Shown piece after piece: positions 52,301 through 64,000 of a DNA stretch of 64,000 nucleotides. The stretch covers positions 33,916,001-33,980,000 of the forward strand of contig OZ076409.1 of the NCBI GenBank assembly GCA_964187785.1. The letters are read 5' to 3'. Source of the stretch: Amphiscolops sp. MND2022. Taxonomy: Eukaryota. Each line of letters begins with the position of its first letter. The stretch's first letter is position 1. Under the pieces are notes generated by a model. That model was given only the letters and a program-made list of their open reading frames with translations. It did not search any database and was not told where the DNA came from. The position numbers and the translations under genes were made by a program.

Positions 52301-55300
52301 CGAAGAAAAGAAAACTTTGATTCATCGTACCCCCATTTTAAAGGAAACCCCTAATTTATCATTTCAGAGAGCTGGCCACTTTTCGTTTTTTCGGCACTAT
52401 GCGACTTACCGAGAAAAAAGAAAGTTTTCAATAAATTTTTTGAAAATAATTTTTTAAAAACAATTTTCAAAATTTCTAGTTTTCGAGTTTTTCTGTAAAG
52501 GAAACAAGTTTCCCGAGTCTTGAGGGTGACCTCTTTGTTACTTTTGATCACGTGGAACTGATGAGTTTTCTTCTTGATTGTGGGAAATACCTCATTCAAG
52601 TTTTTTTCGACTCTGTACCTCTTTCTGAAACTTTCATTTGGTCAAAATGTACCCCTTGCTTTCATAGCACATTTCGGCTTGAGAAAAGCAGTTTCGCGAG
52701 CTGAAACTCGTTTCGCCATAAATGGTAAAAGGGAAAATGGTAAAAGCTTGAAATTAGGTCTGTTTCAAATTTGGGAAAGTTGAGCGAACCCGGTTTGCTA
52801 TATTATTGTAAATTGTTTCACCAGAAGTGTCAAAAATTGCAAATAGTTTTGACAACTTTAGGGTCCACTTGAGGAACTTTTCGAACGTGAATCTACAGAT
52901 GTCTCTTCAAAAATAAGCCTACTGGACACCGAGTTTAGCTGTTGTTGAATGTTTACACCATTCTAACCCACGAGTAGCTCGAAACATCTTTCTTAGGAAG
53001 ATGTACTCCATATCTAGTGAATTTACTTGGAGGTTTTTGAATAACAAATATTGGCCAAATGAGGTTCAAATTTACGTTTTCAAGTAATGTATTTGAAAGT
53101 TGTGCAAATAAACTTGTCTGATATTTTTTCGGAACACTACCGGTAGCTAGACGTTTCAATCCTGAGCCTATGATATTTCTGATTGAAGTAAGTTTTAGGA
53201 AAGTGTCCAAAATTGGGACTATATTGTCGAAAATAAAGAAAGTTCGGAAACTTTGACATCTTTGCTGTAAACTCGGTGAACTTAATGCCCATTTTTCCCA
53301 CAATTGCGTTTTGAATACCTTATTGTTTAAACGCTGAGGTCATTGAAATTTCTCTTCCTTAAAAACTTTCATGGCTTGAACAAAAATGGGATTAGTTTGT
53401 CAAACATTGTGCTTTTTTGTTGTTTCATGGATTTTTGGGTGTTTTTGAGACCAATTCCAACAAAAAATGCAGTTATCTCTTGAAAATTGCCTACTGGAGA
53501 TACCCAGATTAGTTAGTGTTGAGTGTTTAAAACCATTTTATGCAAGGAAGTAGGTCAAAAAAACAACCAAAAAACTGCCTGAAATTGTAAAAAAAACTTG
53601 AAAATTTTCAGTTTTTCCAAAATATTCAGTTTTCCAAGGCTCACCGAAACAACAAGTTTGCCCACACCTTAAGCGTGTAAACACTGTAGTCCACGAAGTC
53701 TATCGATATTTTGACAAAAAGTGGAAAAAAGGAATTTGATAATTTTTCGAAATTTTGTCTTTTTCGATCTCGATTCCGGACAATTTCTTATTGAAAAACT
53801 GTATTTATCTCTTTTCTAAGCATACTAGACAACACTTATTTTCCTTGTTGACCCTTTTCAACGTTCCAATTGGCGAAGTCTGTCAAAAATTTGGAAAAAA
53901 TGCCTGAAATCTTTGAAAATTGGAAATTTTGGGGATTTTTGTTATTTTCGGTGTCAATTTGAGACATTTTCAATCAGAATGTTGCAATTATGTCTTCATT
54001 AAAGACTACGGGACGTACCAATTTTTTCATTGTTGTCCCTTCAAAACATTCCAATCCACGAAGTCTGTGAAACTTTAACAAAAAAGGCATAAAACTTTAC
54101 TTTGAAAGTTGGAAAATTTTGTGTTTTTTGTCAATTTTGGTGTCAATTTGAGACATTTTCATTTAGAAAAATGCAATAAACTCTTAAAAATGGTCACTGG
54201 ACAACCAACGTTTTCCTTGTTGACCCCTTAAAACATTCCAATCCACGAAGTCTCCAAAATTTGACGAGAAATGCGTAGAAACTTTGAAAAATGGAAAATT
54301 TAGGGACTTTTGTCATTTTCGGTGTCAATTCGAGACTTTTTTCAGTAGAAAAACAGCCTTTATCTTTTCGGAAACGCCTACTGGACAACAAACCTTGTAC
54401 CATGTTGATCGTTTTCAACATTCTAGTCCACGAATTCTATCGAAAATTTGACAAAAACTGCTTAAAAACGTTAAAAATCTGGAAATTTTTGGTTTTCTTT
54501 GTCTTTTTTGGGTCTTTTTCTTTCCAAAAAACCGCATTTATCTCTTCATAAACGACTACTGGACAACGAGTTTTTGTCTTTGTGAATCTTTTCAACATTC
54601 TAATCCACGACATTTATCGGAAACTCGACAAAAATTGCATTAAAACGTAAAAAAATGCAAATTTTCTTTTTTTGGGGTCATTTTTAAGTTATTTTGGGGT
54701 CATTCTGGGGTCCTTGGGGTCAACTAAAAAGTCCGGAAATCTCCACAAATACAATTCGCACGAAGCTAAATTTATGTGAGCTGAATTCTATGGGTGAAAC
54801 CCTTTAGCTTTGATATAAATAAATTCTTGGCAAATTTTGTAAAAAAAACCCGTTCGATTTAAATATTTTCCTTTCCCATATGAAATATGGGCGGAAAATA
54901 ACAATGCAACCATGCAATAGAACAACTACTTACAGTTGTTAGGTCCATACATGTCAGTGTAGTAGGTATTGTAGGAGACTGGGGTGAGGTTAGGGTATCC
55001 TCCGAAGTTTTGAGGGTGGAAGTAGAGACCAGAGGAATTCTTGTATCCCTCGTAAGTGGATCTCCGGTAGCAGCAAACTGCAGTGAGACACGCCACCACC
55101 AAGATGAGAACTACAGTTAGAACCACGCCCACGGTGAAGATTAGACGCTTGTAGTCTTCCGCTGTCTGGTTGTAAGGACCTGAAAAAAATCACGCTTGGT
55201 TCGAAAATACTTCGAAAGAGGGCAGGAGAAATGTTTAGGTCTAGTGTCTCAGCATCCGAAAACTGAAGCCGACCTTCCAGAGGTGAATTCACTTCTGAAT

Positions 55301-58300
55301 GTTTCAGAATACACTCTAAATTTGTAAACTGATTGGATAATTATAATTACCGGAGAAGTGTTTCATGTTTTTTAGCTTCAATTTTGTCTCATTTGTTGGT
55401 TTTTTACAAATGTATTTTGCTATATCGCACTTTTAAAATGATCTCATTTATCAAATTTTATGTACAACATTGTTTCGAAAACCACTTTTCAATAGCCTCC
55501 GTGAGATTTCAATTTCTAGGGGATCTAAAATGACAAACTTTCTGTCGAATATAATTTGAAAGTTAAAGAAGCTATTATATTCGTCCATATATCTAATTCG
55601 TTGAACTTCCAACACTTTTTTTTCAATTCTTGAGGAGCAATTTCATCATACAACTCCAAGTTGGGAGGTTCATCTTACATGAATTGCTGCGGTTGAATTT
55701 TCCCGCAACCACCAAAATTTCACGCGGTCAACATGAGATTGAGGATCTTTTTTGTGCAACAAGAAAGCTGCAGAGGGCGACAGCAAGGACGCCAAGGAAA
55801 ACATCGTCAATTGTGAATCGCGCCAGCAACGAATTAAAGTCGTTTAGTTGTCTTTTCCAATCTGGAAATTGATTTTATTCGGATGTAATTTTGTATAATT
55901 GCGAGTTTATCTGAGGGATAATCTTTGTTTGCTTGTACACAGATCGATTAAGGATCCCCGCTTAAATCCACACGCAGGCGAAATTGGCAATTTACGGGGC
56001 TCATATTTCAGTTGACATTTCACAAAGTTGTCATAAAAAGGAATTAGCAATGCAATCCATCAAAAACTACGTGCACAGTAACAAAAAATCTCCGTTCAAT
56101 TTCCATGTCTATAATTATGCTTCCAAAAAAAACAGTAGAATCAATTTTTAGACGACAAAATGGTCAAAACAAATTCTTACAAATTTTCTTACAAACTTTG
56201 GAAAATTTTACTGCGTACATTGAGAAATGAACTAAATAGTCGAAACCATTTGGATGTTAGAGATCTTGAAAAGTGAAAATTTCGAAAAAAAACTAACCTT
56301 CGCTTAAGCGGTCAATTTTGACGCTACCATGAGAGCCATCTTTGAAAGTAACTTGGAATGTGTGTTTGCCAGCCTCAAGACCTGAAATATAAACTCAATT
56401 TGTCAATTTGGGTAACATTTTCCATTTCTATGAAAATGAACTTTCAAAATCTTGAAATTATCAGAAAATGCACATACATTCCGTTTGTACAGCTAGTTAT
56501 TTAAACACCATTTTATGCGGGAAAAAGCATCACACAAAGAAAATACATCTAGCTGTGACATGTGTTAGCTTTCAAAAACAATGCCTGTATTAATAATTAG
56601 CACGTCATTTTTGACAGGGTCCGGATTGTAACCTAATCTGAAAACAAATCTGAATGGGGTCCGGTCAATTTCAGGAATGTCAGGAGAATTGCACGAGCAA
56701 AAAAGCAAATAAACAGCCCAGCGCCGTTTCTCTACAGTAGGAACTGAGCTTAAAGTGACTATTGGATAGCTGACTGCAAAAGTGCATGTACAATTCAGTT
56801 ATAAAAAGCTAGGTTGCAGTTAAATTCCAGCTGGGTTGTTGGCGGCGGTAAATGCAAGAAAGAAGGAGGGAAAAGTGATTTTGGCACCAGTGGTAAATTT
56901 GATTAAATACCAGCCCATTTAATCACAAGAGACCAAAAATCACAATTTAGCCACTCTTGTTGCTGGCAAGACGTCCTTCAAAGCTTCCCAGAATTTGTGA
57001 CGTCATTCATCATGTGATGAGATGAGGCACCGCCGCCCCGCGCCTATCCAAAAAACGATTGCTTTCCTTGTACATGGTTTACACAGTCTAATCGAATTGG
57101 GCGGAAGAAATTTTCAATTGCGCTAGCAATTTGCAAGATTTACTTATTCCCCAGTCGATCATAAATTTCACTGGCTAAAAATATTCTAAGTTGTTGATAA
57201 GTAATTCACACAAACAATATGCAGCTTTGGAGAAACTTCTCAGAAATCCTCGAAACCTAAATATTCGCAAGATGATTATTTTTGTTTCATGTTAAATTTC
57301 TATAAATCGTCGTCCATAATTTCAAAAGCTTTCCATTATTTGACTTAAGATAAACGGCTTTTAAAAATTTGAGCTACCATTTGGAAGTGAAAATATCAAA
57401 GAGCATACATCAGTAAGTCCTAATCGATCAGTTTTTGACTGATAGTGTCATGGACAATATTGGTGCATGTAGAAATACCGAACGACAAATTTGCGAGAAA
57501 AAAACGACATCTTCACGATTCGTTGCTTTTTCTTAGCAGGTCGTAACCTCACAGTCGATTTGTAGCCAAGAAAGAATTCGGAGGTTTCACACATTGCCGA
57601 TACGTCATAAAAAGAAAAGGTTTGAGCACCTTTCAATTAAGCGAATCATAAGCGTGATAATTGAAGTCGAAGTAACTAATGTTTTTACAATAGGCGTTCC
57701 AATGACTCTTGAGTTGATCAACCGATTAATTATTTTTGTGATAAAAAGATTCAACAAAAGTGCTTCTGAAACTTCTGAACTATTCATCTCGAGTCAAGCA
57801 CCGACTTTGTTTCTTTTATCCAGTCCGCTTCAGATTGAAATTGAGAGACAGACTGAGCATTTCGGCCTCCAAAGACTCTTCACACAGATCGGAAAAGTTT
57901 TGCCTCAGTTGATGAGAAGAAAATTACAAGTTCGAAGTTTTCCAAAACTCAAATAAATTAGAGTCAAGTATTTCACATTAACACTCAACTTTCGGCGCGG
58001 TGTACAATGTGAGGTTTTTTTAGACGGAAATAGACAAAAATATATTTTTATGGTATTCGGTCAAATAGTTCGCTGTAAAATCTTCACTGATTAAACCTTA
58101 ATGATCTTAAACAAACTGTTGTTAATTTCAAATAGTTAAAAATGAATTTCTATATTTGTGAACTTGAGGAAATTATAGAAATAATTTTATTGTATACAGG
58201 TTTTAAGCCCGGCATTCATATCCTGAACAGTTGAATTTCATCAAAAAAATCGGCATTTTAATTATTTCTAATGACCAATCCCGCCAAACCCAGTGTTTTT

Positions 58301-59605
58301 GATAAAGAACCTGTGAATCAAAACGTTCTTTTCTGCACTGTTTTTATTAGAAACTCTCTTCCAGAGTTCAGCGAGGTAATTTCAATCCGGTCATTAACAA
58401 ACACAGTTTCCCCAAACCAGTTCCGTAATTTCTAACACCTTCAATGAAATATCTTTATGGGGGTCATTATTATGCAAACTCAGGGGAGTCCCACAGCAAT
58501 CCAATCATGGGTTTTGATCTTTAGTGTTGCAAAGAGATCCGTTATATCTGTAATCCCTAGAATTTTAATCATGAAGCTTTTCATACAAGGTGTAATATCA
58601 CAAGGGGCACCACTTCTATTTAATTTAATAACCTTTATTATCGCCCATGAATGGAAACTCAAAACAGTTTTGTTTACTGAAGGATATTTATATGGGTAGA
58701 TTATCATCGACACGGCAAAAAATTTAATGTTTCTTAGTGTTAACACTGTGGAATTTCCTGCACTATTCACAGCGTGTGTTTGCCAAAAGTTGTTCCTGAT
58801 TCCGCTTCAAAGATATTTGGGTCCAAAGAAATTGGTTTTCTGGGATAAGAGTCAACCTCAGTCGACACTTTGGAGCCTCAACTCATGAACGAATTATCTA
58901 GTTTTAGCAAAGGTGCGAAAAAGGCTTCCAATATTCAGCTGATCGACTTCGACTATTTTCGCTTTTGTGAGACACACTTTGATATTGTATTTACAGCCAC
59001 TTTTGTATCTTTTCTCAAAACCCTCACACATGCCGCTCCACTGGTTCAAGGTTTATTCTGGGCCGAGTTTTGGGTCAACCAGTAAAAGCAAGATTTAAAA
59101 CATGGTTTGATTTTTTGAATTTTTCCACTCACTAAAAACAAAGTCGAGATTCCTTTATAAAATTGAATATACATTCAAGTTTTTCTGAGCATTTTAAAAT
59201 GAGAGACCAAAATAATACAAAAAAAAGTTTTTCCTATTTTCCTAAAGGAAAATTTCGCGGAAGGAGGAGTCACTTGGAGCAAGAAGGAACAATTCAAAAA
59301 CGTAGCTGCTACATTTCACAAGACATACCTTATTTCACTACAATTCAACATTACTAATGTAGTACGGTCAAACAAAACGAAGAGCCCTAACTGATCAAAT
59401 ATTTACCCGCAAAGTCCGAACAGATGTTGCTAACCTTTGAAGTGAAATGATTCGCCCTTGACGTAAGTGGTGGATGGCTGGCCCTTGAACACTCTTAAAA
59501 TGGCGTACTCCCTATTGGGGTTGACGAGGGGGCCAAGCATCGGAGGTTTCCATCTGAGGAAGACTGTGTCGTCATTAATGCTCGCCTGGATGATCTCAAT
59601 CTTGG
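39959..59605 (-). CDS. Eph-family receptor (FN3-TM-kinase-SAM-PDZ motif), 3' nine exons; predicted pseudokinase; 5' exons not identified
   Basis: Phase-consistent GT-AG exons 59435-59605, 56298-56381, 54934-55179, 51062-51220, 47565-47897, 45155-45408, 43389-43505, 40761-41098 and 39959-40370 splice into one open frame. Confidence 0.9.
40761..41098 (-). CDS. Eph exon: kinase C-lobe
   Basis: WLSPE...[25 protein letters not shown]...LMMQCWEPDAKRRPTF. Confidence 0.95.
43389..43505 (-). CDS. Eph exon: catalytic loop and activation segment (degenerate)
   Basis: VLRARNVYLTEEGTPKIAGFD; 117 nt, phase 0-0. Confidence 0.9.
45155..45408 (-). CDS. Eph exon: kinase subdomains V-VIa
   Basis: IMRGIATGMQYLSELGYIHK; acag/gtaagg; 254 nt. 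Confidence 0.92.
45679..46183. mobile_element. Intronic MITE/foldback element with long TIRs built of 26-bp tandem units
   Basis: CACGAAGCAGAATATTCACTAAGCCGAAAAA at 45698 has its reverse complement ending at 46166. The unit TATTCACTAAGCCGAAAAAACGAAAG occurs 4 times on the left and 2 times on the right. Confidence 0.88.
47565..47897 (-). CDS. Eph exon: kinase subdomains I-IV with Gly/Ser-rich inserts
   Basis: GSFG, VPVLIK, RRVFLNEIAIAAQL, NVLKLCGIV; 333 nt. Confidence 0.88.
51062..51220 (-). CDS. Eph exon: juxtamembrane segment to kinase start
   Basis: AAFVDPSQAEP...IHELEEERI resembles the Eph YVDPxTYEDP...FAKEID block; 159 nt, phase 1-1. Confidence 0.85.
53690..54660. repeat. Diverged intronic tandem repeat, ~183-bp unit, ~5.5 copies
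   Basis: CCACGAAGTCT...ACTGGACAAC...CCTTGTTGACC motifs recur at ~53691, 53873, 54056, 54243, 54428 and 54604. Confidence 0.85.
54934..55179 (-). CDS. Eph exon: transmembrane helix and Tyr-rich juxtamembrane region
   Basis: LIFTVGVVLTVVLILVVACLTAVCCYRR; tttcag/gtaagt; 246 nt. Confidence 0.9.
56298..56381 (-). CDS. Eph exon: FN3 domain, second part
   Basis: GLEAGKHTFQVTFKDGSHGSVKIDRLSE; tttcag/gttag; 84 nt, phase 1-1. Confidence 0.75.
59435..59605 (-). CDS. Eph exon: fibronectin type III domain, first part
   Basis: KIEIIQASINDDTVFLRWKPP...EYAILRV...TTYVKGESFHFK; ttcag/gttag boundaries; 171 nt, phase 1-1. Confidence 0.8.
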
Positions 59606-62600
59606 CTGAAAAACACCCGCAGTTATATCAAACTAGCTTCGTGGCTGATCTTTTAATCTCCTGAATTAAAATAAGTCTAAATGGTTTGAATGATAAATCG
59701 AACATTTTTCTGATGAATATGTCACATGGTACTGTTGAAACGCATGATCTACATAAAAATAGAGGTTCAATTTTCTTTAAAATTCAGCTAACATTCACTT
59801 TTTCGCAAAATTCATTTTTCTACAAGATATCTGACGGACTGTGGATGAGATATTTTCGGTATCTCAATTTGATTGAAATACAATTTTGTAGTACCCCATT
59901 GCGTAATAGTAGTAAGTAAAACATTTCAAGTTCCTCTTTACAATCAGTGCCAGTCAGCGAGTAGAATTAATGAAGCACAACAAAGCGATCTCCCATTGTA
60001 TGTAAAACTTCAAAGAACCAGCGAATCAAGTCATCTTTTCTTGGCATCCTGATAAAAAAGGACCGCCAGATTTTTTTTCCACAAATATCGCAACGATACA
60101 TCTCAGCTCTGTTTCTTTCCAACCCACACAATGCTTACAAAAAGAACAGAAAGTTTAAAAAGGACAATTCTGGAAAACTGTCTCAAGAGAATGGCGAAAA
60201 GCAAAAACCCTAAGATTTGAAATATTATCGAATTAGTTTTTGTCAAAAAGCTTGAAACTTCCTAAATGAACGCAAAAAGATGGAACTATGAAACGGTGCA
60301 AAAAGATGTTATTCATCAGTATCACTCAGTAATTTTGCCGGAAAAAAAACAAAAAGTTTGTTTGAAACAAAATTGGTGCAAACAGGAGGATCAACAGGCA
60401 ACAAGCGAGTAAGGTTTGGATTTATGAAACCTGGGGTTGTGGGTTGACATAGCAAAGCAGGTTTTTAATAAATTTGGATCAAGCACTCGCAAGAAGCCGA
60501 GGCCACTAATCCTCTCCCTAATATTCTGGTTAATAAGAATTAAGGAATAAATTTATTAAAAGAGTTGACAAGAACAAAAGACGAAATTCCACTAAAGTAA
60601 GCTTGCATTTCATTTGCAGTTGAAAGCCAAGTCTACCTATATTCACCTGGCATTGAAAGGAGGAGTAACACTGGTAATTATTATTGGCTCTTGCCCCCAG
60701 AAACAAACAATTAGTACAATCGAAATTAATCTAGCAAAAAAAATCAATTTCAAAACATTGAGCTTCAAAAAAATAATAAAAAAAATAATACCGAATCCGA
60801 TTATGAGAGCCTGGAAAGAGCATGAATTACATTCCATTTTTTGGAATTTGAATCGAAAGCTAGGACAAGGCTTCAATCTTTGTCCATTGTCCTTTTGTGA
60901 TCGACCAAGTAAACACCTTTTTCATCGGATTGCATTTTTTCGTTTCTGGAACAAATTTTAAAGGCTATGAAAAAACATAGTGCTGAAACCATGAGAAACA
61001 CTGTTCTCAGTAAGTGATGGTAATTTTCCCTATATAGATAAATATTTCAAAATCAATTATTTCACAAGACTGAAATACAGTGAAAAGTACACAAAGTACA
61101 GTGTAGTTCATCCTAGTGTGTTAAGTGTCATGTTTTTATTTGGGAACCGCGCCTTGCAATAACTAGGCTGAAAGGGTGAAGATCTACGAAACTAAATTGC
61201 TTCAAGTTCCCTCTCAAAGATGAACGAGTCGCGTGAATGGAAATTTGAAGAGACATTAAAAGTAATTTCAAGACGGCTAATTTGGACGATTGTTTTCACA
61301 GATAGAAGCACTTAGAGACGTCAGCGCTGATCACAGAACACTCTCAGATACAAATGGAGAATCGACGTCACAGCTGAATGACAGGCCGTGGTTGATGAAA
61401 ACCAAACTTACATAATTCATCGTTTTAATCTACATTTCATTGAAACATGAAATAAATTTCGTTCACTGCTGACTTAAAGGCAAGATTAATGCATTTGGAA
61501 TGGCTCCAATATTCTAAGACCTAAGCGTGACAAATGTCTCCAAGATAGTTTTCCAATTTTGTCGAATGAATATCAATTTGGTATGCTATGGTTGATGTAA
61601 AACTCTTCAACTATTTTTAATTTGTAACCTAGGCATATAAAAGCCTTCAAAATGCATTAAAATGACATTTTCCGCCTTTAGTACTTCCAAATAAGTAGAT
61701 GAAATGTTCCTGGTCGAATTTTAAGGTCATCATCTTTGGGGCGCCAAATTATTTTGTATTGCCATTATAATTCTACTTCACTTTTCCTGGAAAATCAACT
61801 TCGAAGGAAAAGTGTAATCGAATTAGGCTGGCTTTACAAAATAAATCAGAGACCCAAAGAAAACCAAGATGCAAAAAACTGAAGAAAAATCCAGTATTGT
61901 ACTACATGAGTTTAGCATTCAAATGGATTATTTTTTTCTAAGCTTGAAAAAGAACTGATAAAAAAACTTGAAATGTCAAAAATTTGACACGTGAATATTG
62001 ATCTGCCATATGAGGTGTTGAAAGAGTTGTTCAACGGCACTGATACGTTTTAATAAGCAGAGAAAATCCGTTGAAATCTCTCACTGAATTTTCCCGGATA
62101 AGTTTATAATCCCTTTCCCCCTTTTTTGGTATACATGCAAATGACATCAAAAAGTCAAATTGGTCAGATGCAAATTAAGTTAGCCATTCTTCTCTTTTCA
62201 TATCATAGCCTGCCTACCTTATTGATTTTTCCTTGCGTGATAACCTTTAAAGTCCGCTAAACGGAATTAATCCTTCAAAAAATGGGGAGGGGGTTTCTTC
62301 AACCGTGTGGCATCATTCCTGCTCTTTGCAGAAAACTTCAAAGGTGTATAAATCTAAGATGTGTGGACTGAAAAGCACAACAAAATGTAACGCTAGTAAT
62401 GAAAACATTTCAATTATAACTCAGCCGGGTAATAAGTTGTAAAGAGCTAGTGTATCTGCAGCACAAAAGAAATGCCGTTCTTGTCGCCACGCTCCTTGGT
62501 CGGCGGCTTTCAATCTAGTTAGGAAAGATTGTTTCCAGGTAAAAGTTGCAAATGAAATTTGGCTTTTTTGCAAATAAAAAAAAGAGACAATTCAATTCAA

Positions 62601-64000
62601 GGCAACAGGCGACTGTGTCAATAGAAGTTGTCATGAAAAGCCAGTCGGTTTGTCTTCAAACCCCCTCGACGTTCATTCCAACTTCACTACTTCAGTTCAA
62701 TAACTTCTCCCCCAACCGGCGGGTGGGGCCTAGTAGGGTCGGTTTTATGGGCAAGATAGGGAAAGATGACACATTTTATTGTGATTCAGTGTGAAAAAAC
62801 CTAACCCCGATATTTATAAAATTATGGAAAGATATATATTTGAATAAAATTTAAAAGCTTACTAAGAATTAATCCCATCACAATTTACCAATAAACGCCC
62901 TTCTAAAAATATAACCGTCACTTTGCACAATAGAGGGCGGGTTCACTTTGAATCATATCCACTGATTTTACTCTAGTAGAAGAAAATCGTACTAACTTAT
63001 TTTAACCCAAAAATTGGGGCGTTGAAAAATGTATTATAGAATCTATGTTGGTTAGTTGTAGTTTCTGAATGTTTTCTAAATGATGCTTAAAGAACTTTGA
63101 AATAAAAATAACATATTTGAATTACGGAGAACAAGAAAAAAATTTGAGAAAATCCAAGTGGGGCATTATTTTTCAAGGTGGACTTATTAATGATTCCTTA
63201 TTTTTGCAGGGAAAAATCGTACAAAATGAAATAAAACTCTGTGACCCAATAGCCTGAACTTGATGAAAAGAGTTGAATGACTTTATATTTGCGCTTTCTG
63301 AACCCAGACATTGCAATGATGTAAGACCTAGTTATCATAATAACCCGACAGAGACTTCGATCGGCCTCTCTGATGCATAACTGATGATCTCTGTCAACTC
63401 AAAATCAATTTCATTTGCACTTTCAATAAACACCTCACAGCAATTTTTCCTTATTTGCAATTCACACAGGTAGCCTCGGCTACAAAGACCTAAACAAATA
63501 AATGAGTCAATCATTGGCAAAAATTAATGAGGGAACTGAGAATTCAGGGGAGCGGGGATCAAAAAGCTATCCTTTCATTTCATCATTTAGCAGTGACTGT
63601 GCGAAAGGCTCTAGAGATTTTTTAAAAACCTGTAAGGACCAAGAAAAAAGAAAGAAGTTGTCGCCAACTTAGGCGAGAAAATATAATGATAGAGTAATAA
63701 TTTAGTGACTTTTTGCAAGTTTACCTCCAGTGAGCCAACAATCGTTTCTCATTTGCTTTTTTCAACTTAGAAAAAAACGGAAAAGGATGTAGTATCGATT
63801 TTAAAAAACCTCGAGAGATTTTTTAAAAACCTGTAAGGACAGACACCCCCAAGAATTCCCGAGAGCAAATCCATTCCAGCTCATTTTCAAAAACACTTCT
63901 ATTTTCACAAAGCAAACAGGCACATGTTGTGCAAACATTTAAATGTGGACAGGAAGCGTTTTTGAATGACAAAGCAAATGACGCTCTGGCAGGCAATCCA

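Noticed and set aside
63614..63840. ~27-bp direct repeat AGAGATTTTTTAAAAACCTGTAAGGAC
   Set aside because: Isolated short duplication in presumed intron, with no further structure.
59700..64000. Further upstream Eph exons
   Set aside because: No convincing FN3, Cys-rich or ligand-binding exon found by eye; probably intron.

Overview
Eukaryotic (animal-like, AT-rich) genomic DNA with a 200-N scaffold gap at 28055-28254. (1) 1-17845: a very large Ty3/Gypsy LTR retrotransposon on the + strand (about 18.4 kb if the truncated 5' LTR is full length). It has a 728-bp 3' LTR (TGTAACG...CGTTACA), a tRNA-type PBS, a PPT, a ~2.6-kb leader and a mutation-interrupted gag-PR-RT-RNaseH-INT frame. Unusual cargo: a degenerate second protease-like domain; an integrase tail with an AT-hook, a Cys cluster and two TARG1/OARD1-like macrodomains; and a separate ~1370-codon non-Env ORF with an SGNH/GDSL-like domain. 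(2) 17846-39900: a repeat-rich region with degraded Gypsy and Copia remnants, MITEs (one with an 8-bp TSD), minisatellites, a spaced-motif array and a 2129-bp tandem duplication. (3) 39959-59605 (- strand): nine 3' exons of an Eph-type receptor (FN3-TM-kinase-SAM-PDZ motif). Its kinase has lost the HRD and DFG aspartates and both juxtamembrane tyrosines, so it is a predicted pseudokinase. All domain calls are by-eye motif comparisons, not database searches.
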